A DNA stretch of 64,000 nucleotides from Squalus acanthias (lineage: Eukaryota): positions 121,088,001 through 121,152,000 of the forward strand of contig CM059431.1 in the NCBI GenBank assembly GCA_030390025.1, read 5' to 3'. The stretch's first letter is position 1, and every line of letters begins with the position of its first letter. The notes below the pieces were generated by a model. The model was given only the letters and a program-made list of their open reading frames with translations. It was not told where the DNA came from and did no database searches. Positions 20,446 to 34,320 of the stretch are shown one piece after another. The translations under genes were made by a program, and so were the position numbers.

Positions 20446-23395
20446 TCCAATACAGACTGCTAATTAAGAGCAAGTCCAATCAGTACCAGATAAAAGAAAT
20501 CTAAGGTGCGGAATGGTACTAAGTTGGTGAAAAAGAAGCATTCTGTTTCTTTCAGTGCTGACGTCATTACCACTAAGATTTTTTTTTTCATATTCCCATC
20601 TGTAACACCAAACAGCACGAAGCATGATTTTAAATTTCAGCTTAATGTCTGCAAGCTCCCACTCAGCTGGCTGGGTAGATGGGAACACGCCAAAAATACT
20701 TAATTATGGGGAAACCTTGTGTACATGTCTGGTAGATGTATGGAAGCATGCGGTTCCCTCCGCCAATTCACCCAAAACAGAATTTTTACCCTGATAATCG
20801 ATATAGAACATACCATATTTCTGAATATTTCTATTGAACTTCCTTCCGCTATTATTGTTGTTTTTAAAGCAATTAAGCAGAAATTTGAACTTCGAAGCAT
20901 AGATACATAAAGTCACATGTTAAATATTTAAAAAGAGAAAGCCTGGGGCTGTTTTATTCATATGATATGGGATCTGATGCATTGGGCTAGAAATTTATCT
21001 CCTTACCAACACTCCGTAGTGCCAAGAAATGGCGATAAAATGGCGGCCGTCGCTCTTTCGCCAGCTAGTGGTTATGTTACTGGGCTAGTAATCCAAAGGC
21101 CTGGACTAATGATCCAAGAGATGTGAGTTCAAATCCCACTACGGCAGCTGGGGAATTTAAATTCAGTTAATTAAATAAATCTGGAATAAAAAGCTAGTAT
21201 CAGTAATGGTGACCATGAAACTATCGGATTGTCGTAAAAACCCATCTTGTTCACTAATGCCCTTTAGGGAAGGAATTCTGCCATCATTACATGGTCTGGC
21301 CTATATGTGACTCCAGACCCACAACAATGTGGTTGACTGCCTTCTGAAATGGCCTAGCAAGCCATTCAGTTGTACACAACCGCTAAGAAAAACAATAAGA
21401 ATAAAACCGAACGAACCACCCGGCATCAACCTCAGCACTGGCTATGGACACGGCAACAGCACACCCAGCCTAGGCGACCCTGCAAAGTCCTCCTCACCAA
21501 CACCTAACGACTTGTGGCAAAATTGGGAGAGCTGTCCCACAGATGAGTCAAGCAACAGCCTAACATAGTCATACTCACAGAATCATACCTTTCAACCAAT
21601 GTCCCAAACTTCTCCATCACCATCCCTGGGTATGTCCTGTCCACACGGCACAGTGTTATACAGTTGGGAAGGAGTGGCCCAAATTTGACTCCGAACCCCA
21701 TGAAGTCTCATGACTTCAAGTCAAGCATGATGGGCAAGGAAACCTCCTGCTGATTACTAGCTACCACCACCTCTCAGCTGATGCATCAGTACTCCTCCAT
21801 GTTGAACACCACTTGGAAGAAGCACTGAGAGTAGCAAGGGCACAGAATGTACTCTGGGTGGGGGACTTCAATGTCCATCACCAAGAGTGGCTCGGTAGCA
21901 CCACTACTGGCCGAGTCCTGAAGGACATAGCTGCCAGTCTGGGCCAGCGACAGGTGGTGAGAGAACCAACATGAGGGAAAAACCTACTTGACCTCGTCCT
22001 CACTAATCTACCTGTTGCAGATGTATCTGTCCATGGCAGCATTGGTAGCAGTGACCACCACACAGTCATTGAGCAGACAAAGTCCCTTCTTCACACTGAG
22101 GACACCCTCCATCGTGTTGTGTGGCACTACCACCGTGCTAAATGGGATAGATCAGAACAGATCTAGCAGCTCAAAACTGGGCATCCATGAGGCACTGTAG
22201 GGCAGCAGCAGAATTGTATTCCACCATAATCTGTAACCTCATGGCCTGGTATATCCCTCACTCTACCTTTGCCAGGAGACCAACCCTGGATCTATAAGGA
22301 GTGTAGAAGAGCATGCCAGGAGCAGCACCAGGTGTACCTAAAAATGAGGTGCCAATCTGAGGAAGCTGTGACATGCATGCTAAAAAGTGGAAGCAGCATA
22401 CCATAGACAGCTAAGCAATCCCACAATCAACAGATCAGATCAAAGCTCTGCAGTCCTACTACATCCAGTCATGAATGGTGGTGGACTATGAAACAACTAA
22501 CAGGAGGAGGAGGCTCCATGAATAGCCCCATCCTCAATGATGGTGGAGCCCAGCACGTGAGTACAAAAGACAAAGCTGAAGGGTTTGCATCCATCTTCAG
22601 CCAGAAGTGCGAGTGGATGATCCATATCAGCCTCCTCCCGAGGTCCCCACCACCACAGAAGCCAGTATTCAGCCAATTCGATTCACTCCATGTGATATCA
22701 AGAAACGGCTGAGCGAACTGGATACAGCACAGGCGGATAGATGTCAGTGTTATAGCTGTACAGGAACAGCTTGGCTAGAGGCGCGGCTAGTTCTGGAACA
22801 CTAGCCAAGCTGTTCCAGTACAGCTATAACACTGACATCTATCCGACAATGTGGAAAACTGCCCAGGTATGTCCTGTCCATAAAAAGCAGGACAAATCCA
22901 AACCGGCCAATTACTGCCCCATCAGTCTACTCTCAATCATCAGCAAAGTGATGGAAGGTGTCATCGACAGTGCTATCAAGTGGCTCACCAATAACCTGCT
23001 CACTGATGCCCAGTTTGGGTTCCACCAGGACCACTCGGCTCCAGACCTCATTACAGCCTGGGTCCAAACATGGACAAAAGAGATGAATTCCAGTGGTGAG
23101 TTCAGAGTGACTGCCCTTGACATCAATGCAGCATTTGACCGAGTTTGGCATCAAGGAGCCCTAGTAAAATGGAAGTCAATGGGAATCGGGGGGGAAACTC
23201 TCCACTGGATAGAGTCATACATAGCACAATGGAAGATGGTTGTGGTGGTTGAAGGTCAATCATCAGGGAACTGTCCTAGGCCCAACCATCTTCAGTTGCT
23301 TCATCAGTGACCTTCCCTCCATCATAAGGTCAGAAGTGGTGATGTTCGCTGATGACTGCACAGTGTTCAGTGCCATTCGCAACTCCTCAGATAAT

Positions 23396-24898
23396 GGGCC
23401 GGATATTCCGATCCTGCGCTGTGCACCCACCCATAGGGACATCAGAAATGGCGGTTTCAGGCATGCGCTGAAAACCGGCATTTCCGATCTGTCAAGAATC
23501 CTCTTGACAGATTCTCCGGCTGCCCTGGAGAAGGGCCTCTGCAGGCGGATAGTTCCGCTTTTTGGAGACCCTCCGCCCGCAGAAAATCCTTACAATTCTT
23601 ACGACTGATAAAAGCAGGCGAAAGGCCTGCTTTTACCAGGATAAGAGTAGAAAAAAAGTTTTAAAAACAATTTTTTTTCCACTGATTTATCATTTAAAAA
23701 TACTTTAAAGAAGGTAAGTTTATTTTTAGCCCCGTGAAATACTTTAATTAATTTTTTCAAAAAATAAAATTTTTGTTTAAAATACTTAATTAATTGTAAT
23801 TCTGTGTCATTTTAAAAATGTGATTTAAAAAAAAAATTATTTAAAGATTTACTGGGCCAAAAATTTGGCCCTTCCCATGTGAGTACACAGTCCGTACTCA
23901 CCCGTAATGCGTCCCGAAGTGCCGGTTTCCTGCATGCACTGCACATGCGCAGGAAACCGGAACTTCCGGTATGGTGAAGGGGGCGGTTCCGAGGTGAACC
24001 GCGTGCGCGGTAGAGGCTGCGCGCACGCAGCAAACTTAGATTTTTTTTCAGGTTTCTCCAGGAGGGTAAGTATTGAAGAAACTACGCTATTAAAAAGGAG
24101 GCGCAAGACCCGTTTTCAACAAGGTAAGTGGTTAATTAAGTATAATTTTAAATTTTTTCAACAGGTTTATCTATTTTAGATACTTTAAAGAAAGGTAAGT
24201 TTATTTTTATCACTTTTAAAAAGTTTTTTAATTTTTTCAAAAATTAAAATTTTTGTTTAAAGTGGTTAATTTATTTAACTATAGTTATTTTATAAATGTG
24301 ATGGTTTTAAAAAAAATATATTTTAAGTTTAGCTGTTCTTTTGGGGCCGATTTCAATTCACAGATTTGACAGGTCTCCTGTCAAATCTATGAATGAAAGA
24401 TGGTATGCTGCCATTGGCTCTCCATGGCCCACGTGATCCCAGGGGATGCATCACACTAACTATGCCCCTGGAACACGCAAGCACTGCGCGCTGGCAGTTG
24501 GGAGAGGCCCAGGACCCGAAGTTCCCGTGGGCCCAAAACACAACGGCAGGCGCGATAGGTAAGAGTGCGCGCGATCCTTACCCCCGCGGCAAGCCGGAGA
24601 GGCGAATTTCTGGGCAACTATGTTTTTTCATTGATCTCCATTCAGATATTTGACAAGTCTTCCTGTCAAATGTATGAAGGGAGATTCCCTTCTGTGATTG
24701 GCTCCCCATGGCCCACGTGATCCCAGGGACGCTGCAAACTGCCTGCGCCTCTGGGATACGTGGGCCCTGCGCACTTGGAGTTTGGAGAGGCCTAGCATCG
24801 GAACTGTGTGCGTCCCGGGAGCCCTCAGGTAAGGGCACAGATTTTTCCAGATCGGAGGCCTCCACCCGCGGGAGGCCTGCGATCGGAAAATACGGGCC
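23396..24898 (+). mobile_element. MITE (GGGCC-end family) inserted in LINE RT, carrying a nested MITE
   Basis: Imperfect TIRs GGGCCGGATATTCCGATC / GATCGGAAAATACGGGCC, TSD AAT. Removing it restores SDNEAVH as in the 31.6 kb copy. Confidence 0.88.
23854..24616 (+). mobile_element. ~760-bp MITE (GGSCCAGAAATT TIR family)
   Basis: TIR-like ends, TSD ACT (23851-23853, 24617-24619). Homologous to the 46898, 54486 and 56117 copies. Confidence 0.88.
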
Positions 24899-27345
24899 AA
24901 TGAAGCAGTCCATGCCCACATCCAGCAAGACCTGGATGACATTCGGGCTTGGGCTGATAAGTGGCAGGTAACATTCGTGCCACACAAGTGCCAGGCAATG
25001 ACTATCTCCAAAAAGCGAGCATCTAACCACCGCCCCTTGACATTCAACAGCATTACCATTGCCGAATCCCCCACCATCAATATCCTGGGGGGTCACCATT
25101 GACCAGAAACTTAACTGGACTAGCCACATAAATACTGTGGCAACAAGAGCAGGTCAGAGGCTGGGTATTCTGCGGCGAGTGTATCACCTCCTGACTCCCC
25201 AAAGCCTTTCCACCATCTACAAGGCACAAGTAAGGAGTGTGATGGAATACTCTCCACTTGCCTAGATGAGTGCAGCTCCAACAACACTCAAGAAGCTCGA
25301 CACCATCCAAGACAAAGCAGCCCGCTTGATTGGCAACCCATCCACGACCTTAAATATTCACTCTATCCACCACCGGTGTACCGTGGCTGCAGTGTGTACC
25401 ATCTACAAGATGCATTGCAGCAACTCGCCAAAGCTTCTTCGGCAGCACCTCCCAAACCCGCGATCTCTACCACCTAGAAGGACAAAGGCAGCAGGCACAT
25501 GGGAAGACAATCACCTCCAAGTTCCCCTCCAAGTCACACACCATCCTGACTTGAAAGTATATCACCGTTCCTTCATCGTCGTTGGGTCAAAATCTTGGAA
25601 CTCCCTCCCTAACAGCACTGTGGGAGTACCTTCACCACTCGGACTGCAGCGATAGAAGAAGGTGGCTCACTACCACCTTGTCAAGGGCAATTAGGGATGG
25701 GCAATAAATGCTGGCCTTGTCAGCGACGCCCATGTCCCATGAACAAAAAAAAAAATGGACCTCAGGCCAGCATCTAACCCTCTCAGTAAAATCTATTGGT
25801 GACACCACTTTGCCAAGTATATTGTTCCTTTCATTAAGTGAGTCCTTTTTACTTTCTTAACCTGTGAAGTAATGATGTATGCAGACTGTTACTGCAGTAT
25901 GGGGAGGGAGAAATTTCTATAGTGTCGTCTGTATCATGAACTTCAATGTTGCAAAGGATCAGACTTCTGGATTCCCAACCTATGAAGCTTGCACATGGGC
26001 CAACATAAGTCACGGAAAGCACTCTAGTATTAACTACACAATGCCTCAATTTATTTCTTCAGTGACTGAACGATGTGATATTTACCAAAGATACTAGGGC
26101 TCAATTTTCCTCTGCTATCCCGTCTGATTTTTGGTTGGAGAGTGGCAGAAAAGGGGCAATATCTTGTATCTTGTTTCCTCCCTGAGTTAGATTTCCCTCG
26201 CCCGGCTCCCTTTGGCATCAACTTCTGGCCATTCCTTCCCCACCAGCCACATGCAGGTGTTTGCAGGGAGGTGGGGCCTGGGTGCCCAGCAGATTTTTTT
26301 TACCATCTGACCCTCTGAAAGCTGCTCCCTGGCACCAGCTGGAGAAAGGTGATGGTAGGCCCTGGGGCAGCAGAAGTCAGGCCAAGAATTCTTCGAATGG
26401 AGTGAGAGGGCCGAGAACAGACCTCCCCTTCTTCAAAGGCATCTTACCTTTTTGGTCAAGGCTGAAAAATGTTCTTTACTTGCCCTTCAGAGGTCTTCCA
26501 CCTCCTTTAAATCCCAAGTCGAATCTTCTCATGCTGCAGTGGACTCACAGCAGTGGGCTCCCTCTTAGTGGTGGGGATCCCACTAGGAATCTACCCTACG
26601 TTACAAATCACCTTAGCCCAGGAAGATGGGTTTGGGTCACAACACAATCAGTGGGTGGGCAGAAGTCCTGCTCCACCACTGCAAAGATGGAAATGCACAC
26701 TCCATAATGTTCAGCATATATCACTTACCTTCTTGAGTACAGTGGCCAATTGCTCCCAGTAGGGACTCTGGAAATGGGAGTCCTAGGACAGCAAAGTCAA
26801 CTCCTGTAAATTCCCATCACCGGTGCCATGTCTGACTCTGCTGTTCAACAATATTTTGGCCAAAAGGAAGCAAAAAGTGTGTTTGAGTAAAATGTTAATG
26901 ATAATCAAAGGAGGTGGATAACTGCAATCCTGATTATCCCATCATTAAAAATGCACTATTAAATTCAATTGCAATGTACCTTGGTGCATTTTGAGTTGTT
27001 TGCTCGTACCAATATTTGTTTTGTTTTGTGAAAATAATTGATGTAATTTGCAATTCTAATCATGCATGAATAAAGCCTTTACCTCAGCAATTCTCCAATC
27101 TGAGCCCCTGTCAAGTGAGTCACTGCACCAGGAACAGAGTCTCTGAAAATTTACCCTTTAGCCTAGAGAGTTCAGGATAGTTTTAGCTTTTGTTTTCAAG
27201 TAACCTGTATCATGTCGAGTGGTGTAAACGATTTGTTCAAAATACTGTGAACATTACACGAATCTAACAGCCAAGCATATGTTTTCTGCTTGTTACTTTC
27301 AATATTAATAACTCTTTGCAGTTGAGTAACAACTGAGGTGGATTA

Positions 27346-27935
27346 AGAACATAAGAAATAGGAGTAGGAGTAGGCAATACGGCCCATCAAACCTGCTCCG
27401 CCATTCAATAAGATCATGACTGAACTTCTCAATCAACTCCACTTTCCTGCCCTAGCCCCATACCTCTTGATTTCCTAAGTGCCCAAAAATCTATCAGTCT
27501 TGAATATACTCATTGATTGAGCAATCACAGCCCACTGGGTAAATCCAAAGATTTACAGCCCTCTAAGTGAAGAAGTTTCTCCTCATCTCAGTCCTAAATG
27601 GCCGATCACTTATCCTGAGTCTGTGACCCCTAGTTCTAGACTTGCCAGCCAAGGGAAACTGTCTTTCAGCATCTACCCTGTCAAGCCCTCGAAGAATTTT
27701 ATGCGTTTCAATGAGATCACCTCTCATTCTTCGAAACTCCAGAGAGTATAGGCCCATTCTACTCAATCTCTCCTCAAAGGACAGACCTCTCATCCCAGGA
27801 ATCAGTCTGGTGAACCTTCATTGCACCCCCTCTAAGGCAAGTATATCCTTCCTTAGGTAAGGAGACCAAAACTGTACACAGTATTCAAGGTGGTCACACC
27901 AAAGCCCTATATAATTTAGCAAGACTTCCTTACAA
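27346..27935 (-). mobile_element. CR1 LINE 3' fragment
   Basis: GLYSLEFRRMRGDLIETHKILRGLD...TRGH...MRRNFFT, followed by the CR1 tail. Confidence 0.9.
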
Positions 27936-28071
27936 CATTGTAACATGCCTGCTGAATCTGGAATTGTTTTGTGTTTTAATAATAGATAGCAACTATTGGC
28001 AGTACATGTAAGCTAGAATGCAACAGAAAAGTACTGTTCATGTAGAATTGACGTTAAAAAGCAAACACTAA

Positions 28072-28948
28072 GGCCTAGAAATTAGATCAATCCCTGTGTT
28101 GCAATGAGTAGGCCCAAGGAGTACCTGATATTGGCTCCCAGGCCTCATTTACATTGGAGAGAGCTTCAGACATCTGCTGGGTGTTTCCAAACCGGTTGAC
28201 AGTGAAGAAGATTTGAATGTGTCACTGGCAGCAGCCCTCAGATAGGTCTTGCAAGAGATTAATCAGGAGGGATTGTGTGACCGAAAGAGGGGCGGGGTGA
28301 CCAGGAGAGGGATGGGACCAACTGGGAGAAGGGGAGAGTGACCATGAGAGGGTGGGGGTCAATTGGGAGAGGGTGCTGGGGCAGCGATCGGGAGAAGGGG
28401 TCGAGGCAGCGATCGGGGGCGGGGGTCGGTATCGAGGCAGTGATCGGGAGAAGGAGTCGAGGCAGCGATCGGGGGGGGGGGGTGGTAGAGGCATCGATCA
28501 GGAGAGAGGAATTGAGACAGTGATCAGGAGGGAGGCAGGTGGTGGCTTACAGCGCCTGTGGTTTTAATGTGGAGCCGGGAGGAGCACTCCTGCTTTAAAA
28601 ACTTAATTTTTGGTGTTGGCCTGGAGCGGTCCCTTCAAGGACTGCGGGTTAGGTTGCATGTAGACCTGGTTTTCCTGAACGCAGCCGGCCTGGTGCTGGC
28701 TCGTTCAGGGCAAAACAATTCGGTAAAGGGGACATCAAGAGGCGTAAGTCCCCTTATTTGCATATGCAAAGAGCCTGATACCTGTTTCAGGCTCGGGCCC
28801 TGGCCACCTCGTATGGTGCCTAAACCATTATGGTGGGTGGCACACTTCCGGCTCAGAATGTGCGTGCGCACGCCACCTGCAATATTGGATGCTTTGGTGC
28901 CCGTTTTACACCTGTAAGACGGGTGCAGTGTCACCGAATTTCTAAGCC
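28072..28948. mobile_element. Probable MITE with internal GCAGCGATCGGG minisatellite (28380-28530)
   Basis: GGCCTAGAAATT ... AATTTCTAAGCC inverted ends and a GC-rich interior. The TSD is not clean. Confidence 0.55.
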
Positions 28949-30069
28949 AACGGGTCAAAATCACGGCATGAGTTTCCAGCGTGTTAACACGTAATGCTTT
29001 CATCTCTCTGTTGTTGTAGCAGAGGTGTCAACCTATTTATTTTAAACTTGTAAATTCTTCAGCTAAAATTGCAGAGCAAGGGATTGCAGATGAACCCATT
29101 AAGCATTAATACACAGATATCTCACAGCGTAATTTCAGGGCCATGTGATTCGTGTGATTCAGAAAAAAATAGATTTTGGAGTGTCCATCTGACACTATCT
29201 ATGATTTTCAGGGTGGCAGCCATTTATCTTTCATCCCGCTGGTATTTTGAAAAATCCCCTGCTGGGTATCTGTCAGTTGGCAGTAGTAACTGCCTAAGTT
29301 AATTGCTCAAATTGGTGTTGCTTTAATGTGAATGGCACATCAATAACCAGCCCCTAAAGTTGGTACTGCACTGAGAGGTAGCCAAAGAGATTCTTTGCTA
29401 TTTTTGAATTCCCTCACATCTTGAAAACCATCAACTGTTCCAATAGACCCATCTGTGCATCTACGAAGAAATTACACAAATAATTAAAAAAAAACACTTC
29501 CAATCAATTAATCTACAGGTCTGTTATGGTGCCAGCAACATTTCCACACATGTTTCTCCCACCTGCTCGAGCAGCACCCTCACTCTTTTACACCTGCAGA
29601 ATTTGGACCAGGTAGGAAGTTCTTTCATGAAAGTGGCAATAATTCCACTTTCTCTTCGGGTGACGGAGCCTATTGCCTGAAGCTGTGGCTCATGATTCCA
29701 ATGCCAAATCCCTATGATATGCACATGAGAAGGGCAATGACTCAACAAGAACACTCAGAGAGCCAATAGTTGGCAATGTAAAAGTAATATTCAGAACATT
29801 AGACTTCCTGGGAGGTAGATGATAATGCAATCATGCCATTTTGCAATATATGCTCTGCTTCAGTGTGGGTATGTATTAATAATGCTAGCTGCAAAATGAT
29901 GACATTGACATTTTGCAAGGGTCCCCTCCCGATCAAATGTAAAAATAGCAGAAAATACATTTATAAGTGCACTTTGCCAATTCACCAACGCATTTGAAAG
30001 TAACAATGTTGAAGACCGATTTGCTACTCTGACTCAACCATGTTAACCACTACTCTGCTTTCCTCTCCT

Positions 30070-30420
30070 CGATCAAATCCTTCTATTACTCCAAGATTAT
30101 CCTGGATGGCAAAGACTACCCATGACTCCATTTCTCCAGAACAAATTGTCTTCATAAACCTCATCCCCCTGCCCCTCCAGCACCTAATGAAAAGACCACA
30201 TGATTTCTTTGTCTCTAAGATTAAGACCATTGTCTGCTTCCACATGTCCCATCTGTGCCCCTGCCCCCAGCCATCTCCCTGTCCCCCCACCAACCCTACA
30301 ACCTATCTCCAGTCATTCTGCAGTTCTTCTCTTATCTCTCCTCCTACCTTTCAAAACATACTACTTCCTGGAGATCCGGCTCCTACTCCTTCAATGTCCT
30401 CACCACCCAACTCCTAATCA
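30070..30420 (+). mobile_element. Old L2-like LINE fragment
   Basis: Degenerate YYSKIILDGKD...FFVSKIKTI, typical of the L2 ORF2 linker. Confidence 0.5.
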
Positions 30421-30741
30421 CTCAAATACCTCTCTTGGCCTCTCTCCATGTCCCCCTGCCCCCGGCTCCCCTGCACCCCTGCCCCCCCTGCCCCCTGTTT
30501 GCTAACATTACTACTGGATGCTATCTACTCGGTTGCCTCGGCCTTCTCCAGCCCCTGTGCCCTCCCTGATCGTTCACACTCATCTCTGAACTCCAGTTAT
30601 GATCTCAAAACACTCTGTAGTTTCTCCTCTTCCTCGACCGGAGCCTTCATCAGACAACAGACCAGAAATTGCTGCAATGGAGGGTTTGGTGGTGAACAAT
30701 GTTAATTGGACTTTTACACTCATCATTGACATCACACTATA

Positions 30742-33700
30742 TTTTTTTTATTCATTTTTATGGGATGTGGGCGTCGATGGCAATGCCAGCATTTATTGCC
30801 CATTCCTAATTGCCCTTGAGAAGGTGGTGGTGAGCCGCCTTCTTGAACCGCTGCAGTCCGTGTGGTGAAGGTACTCCCACATTGCTGTTAGGTAGGGAGT
30901 GCCAGGTTTTTGACCCAGCAACGATGAAGGATCGGCGATACACTTCTAAGTCAGGATGATGTGTGACTTGGAGGGGAACGTAGAGGTGGTGGTGTTACCA
31001 TGAGTCTGCTGCCCTTGTCCTTCTAGGTGGAAGAGGTCACGGGTTTGGGAGGTGCTGCCGAAGAAGCCATGGCGAGATGCTGCAGTGCATCTTGTAGATG
31101 GTACACACTGCAGCCACGGTACGCCGGTGGTGGAGGGAGTGAATGTTTAAGGTGGTAGAGGGGGTGCCAATCAAGTGGGCTGCTTTGTCCTGGATGGTGT
31201 CGAGCTTCTTGAGTGTTGTTGGAGCTGCACTCACCCAGGCAAGTGGAGAGTATTCCATCACACTCCTTACTTGTGCCTTGTAGATGGTAGAAAGGCTTTG
31301 GGGAGTCAGGAGGTGAGACACTCGCCACAGAATGCCTAGCCTCTGACCTGCTCTTGTTGCCACAGTATTTATGTGGCTGGTCCAGTTAAGTTTCTGGTCA
31401 ATGGTAACCCCCAGGATGTTGATGGTGGGGGATTCGGTGATGTTAATGCCATTGAATGTCAAGGGGCGGTGGTTAGACTCTCGCTTGTTGGAGATAGTCA
31501 TTGCCTGGCACTTCTGTGGCGTGAATGTTACCTGCCACTTATCAGCCCAAGCCTGAACGTCGTCCAGGTCTTGTTGCATGCAGGCATGCACTGCTTCATT
31601 ATCTGAGGAGTTGTGAATGGTATTGAACGCTGTGCAGTCATCAGCGAACATCCCCATTTCTGACCTTATGTTGGAGGGAAGGTCATTGATGAAGCAGCTG
31701 AAGATGGTTGGGCCGAGGACACTGCCCTGATGAACTCTGCAGCGATGTCCTGGGGCTGTGATGATTGACCTTCAATCACCACAACCATCTTCCTTTGTGC
31801 TAGGTATGACTCCAGCCAGTGGAGAGTTTTCCCCCCGATTCCCAATGACTTCAGTTTTACTAGGGCTCCTTCATGCCACACTCGGTGAAATGCTGCTTTG
31901 ATGTCAAGGGCAATCACTCTCACCTCACCTCTGGAATTCAGCTCCTTTGTCCATGTTTGGGGCAAGGCTGCAATGAGGTCGGAAGCCAAGTGGTCCTGAC
32001 AGAATCCAAACTGGGCATCAGTGAGCAGGTTATTGGTGAGTATATGACATTTGATAGCACTGTTGATGACACCTTCCATCACTTTGCTGATGATTGAGAG
32101 TAGACTGATGGGCCGGTAATTGCTGGATTGGATCTGTCCTGCTTTTTGTGGACAGGACATACCTGGGCAGTTTTCCACATTGTCGGATAGATGCCAGTGT
32201 TGTAGCTGTACTGGAACAGCTTGGCTAGAGGGGCGGCTAGATCTGGAGCACAAGTCTTCAGCACTATAGCTGGGATGTTGTCAGGGCCCATAGCCTTTGC
32301 TGTATCCAGTGCACTCAGCCGTTTCTTGATATCACGTGGAGTGAATCGAATTGGCTGAAGACTGGTTTCTGTAATGGTGGGGACCTCAGGAGGAGGCCGA
32401 TATGAATCATCCACTCGGCACTTCTGGCTGAAGATGTTTGCAAACGCTTCAGTCTTGTCCTTTGCACTCACATGCTGGGCTCCACCATCATTGAGGATGG
32501 GGATATTCATGGAGCCTCCTCCTCTCGTTAGTTGTTTAATGATCCACCACCATTCACGACTGTATGTGGCAGGACTGCAGAGCTTTGATCTGATCTGTAG
32601 ATTCTGGGATCGCTTAGCCCTGTCTATAGCATAGAAACATAGATAGAAACATAGAATCTAGGAGCAGGAGTAGGCCATTCGGCCCGTCGAGCCTGCTCCG
32701 CCATTCAATACGATCATGGCTGATCATCCAAATCCAGTACCCTATCCCTGCTTTAATCCCCACAGTACACATATCCCACCCTACCCCCGTAACCCCACGT
32801 ATTTAATTCCCCCTAACATATCCCATCCTATCCCCATAACCCCACATATTTAATCCCCCCTAACACTAAGGGTCAATTTATCATAGCCAAATCAACCTAA
32901 CCCACACATTTTTGGACTGCTGCTGCTGCTTTTTAGCATGCATATAGTCCTGTGTTGCAGCTTCCCCAGGTTGGCACCTCATTTTTAGGTACGCCTGGTG
33001 CTGCTCCTGGCATGCTCTTCTACACTCCTTATTGAACCAAGGTTGGTCCCCTGGCTTGATGGTAATTGTAAAATGAGGAATATGCCAGGCCATGAGGTTA
33101 CAGATTGTGGTGGAAAACAATCCTGCTGCGGCTGATGGCCCACAGTACCTCATGGATGCCCAGTTTTGAGCAGCTAGATCTGTTCTGAATCTATCCCATT
33201 TAGCACGGTGGTAGTGCCACACAATGGAGGGTGTCCTCAGTGTGAAGACAGGACTTTGTCTCCAAAATGACTGTGCAGTGGTCACTGCTACCATTACTGT
33301 CATGGACAGCTGCATCTGCGACAGGTAATTTGGTGAGGACGAGGTCAAGTAGGTTTTTCTGTCGTGTTGGTTCTCTCACCCCCTGTCGCAGGCCCAGACT
33401 GGCAGTTATGTCCTTCAGGACTCGGCCAACTCGATCAGTCGTGGTGCTACCGAGCCACTCTTGGTGATGGACATTGAAGTCCCCCACCCAGAGTACATTC
33501 TGTGCCATTGCTACTCTCAGTGCTTCTTCCAAGTGGTGTTCAACATGGAGGAGTACTGATTCATCAGCTGAGGGAGGGCAGTAGGTGGTAATCAGCAGGA
33601 GGTTTCCTTGCCCATGCTTGACCTGAAGCCATGAGACTTCATGGAGTCCGGAGTCAATGTTGAGGACTCCCAGGGCCGCTCCTTCCCGAATGTATACCAC

Positions 33701-34320
33701 TGTGCTACTACCCCTGGTGGGTCTGTCCTGCCGGTGGGACAGGAGGATCGTGATTGATGAGTCTGGGACATTGGCTGAAAGGTATGATTCTGTGAGTATG
33801 ACTATGTCAGGCTGTTGCTTGACTCATCTGTGGGACAGCTCTCCCAATTTTGGCACAAGTCCCCAGATGTTGGTGAGGAGGACTTTGCAGGGTCGACTGG
33901 GCTGGGTGTGCCATTGCCGTGTCCGTACCGATGTCGATGCTGGGAGGTCTGTCCGGTTTCATTCTTTTTATTGTTTTTGTAACGGTTTTTTACAACTGAG
34001 TGGCTTGCTAGGCCATGTCAGAGGGCAATTAAGAGTCAACCACATTGCTGTGGGTCTGGAGTCACATATAGGCCAGACCAGGTAAGGACGACAGATTTGC
34101 TTCCCTAAAGGACATTAGTGAACCAGAAGGGTTTTTACGACAATGCCGATAGTTTCATGGTTACCATTACTGATAGTAGTAATTATTCCAGATTTATTTA
34201 ATTAACTGAATTAAAATTCTCCAGCTGCCATGATGGGATTTGAACTCACATCTCTGGATCATTAGTCCAGGACTTCTGGATTACTAGCCCAGTGACATTA
34301 CCACTACACTACTGTTCCCC
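30742..34320 (-). mobile_element. Second copy of the single-ORF, tRNA-headed LINE (near full length)
   Basis: A-box TAGTGTAGTGG and B-box GAGTTCAAATCCC at ~34235-34312. APE motifs VLLTNIWGL, ILTES, GDFNVHH and SSDH; RT motif MFADD. Same 3' tail as the 21-25 kb copy. Confidence 0.92.
32631..32917 (-). mobile_element. 5'-truncated HE1-like SINE inside the LINE
   Basis: Near-identical to 12645-12925. Confidence 0.88.

Larger units (their letters stand above)
21061..25755 (+). mobile_element. Degenerate single-ORF LINE (CR1/L2 group; APE + RT) with tRNA-like 5' head
   Basis: APE motif WVGDFN; RT motifs AFDRVWH, GTVLGP and MFADD. B-box GAGTTCAAATCCC ~21125, AATAAA and an A-tail at the 3' end. 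Confidence 0.9.

Noticed and set aside
21538..21550. The same in-frame TGA (CAC AGA TGA GTC) in the APE domain of both tRNA-headed LINE copies (also ~33825)
   Set aside because: Independent CGA>TGA decay or a shared defective subfamily explains it, and there is no readthrough context. It should be revisited only if the family consensus has the stop.
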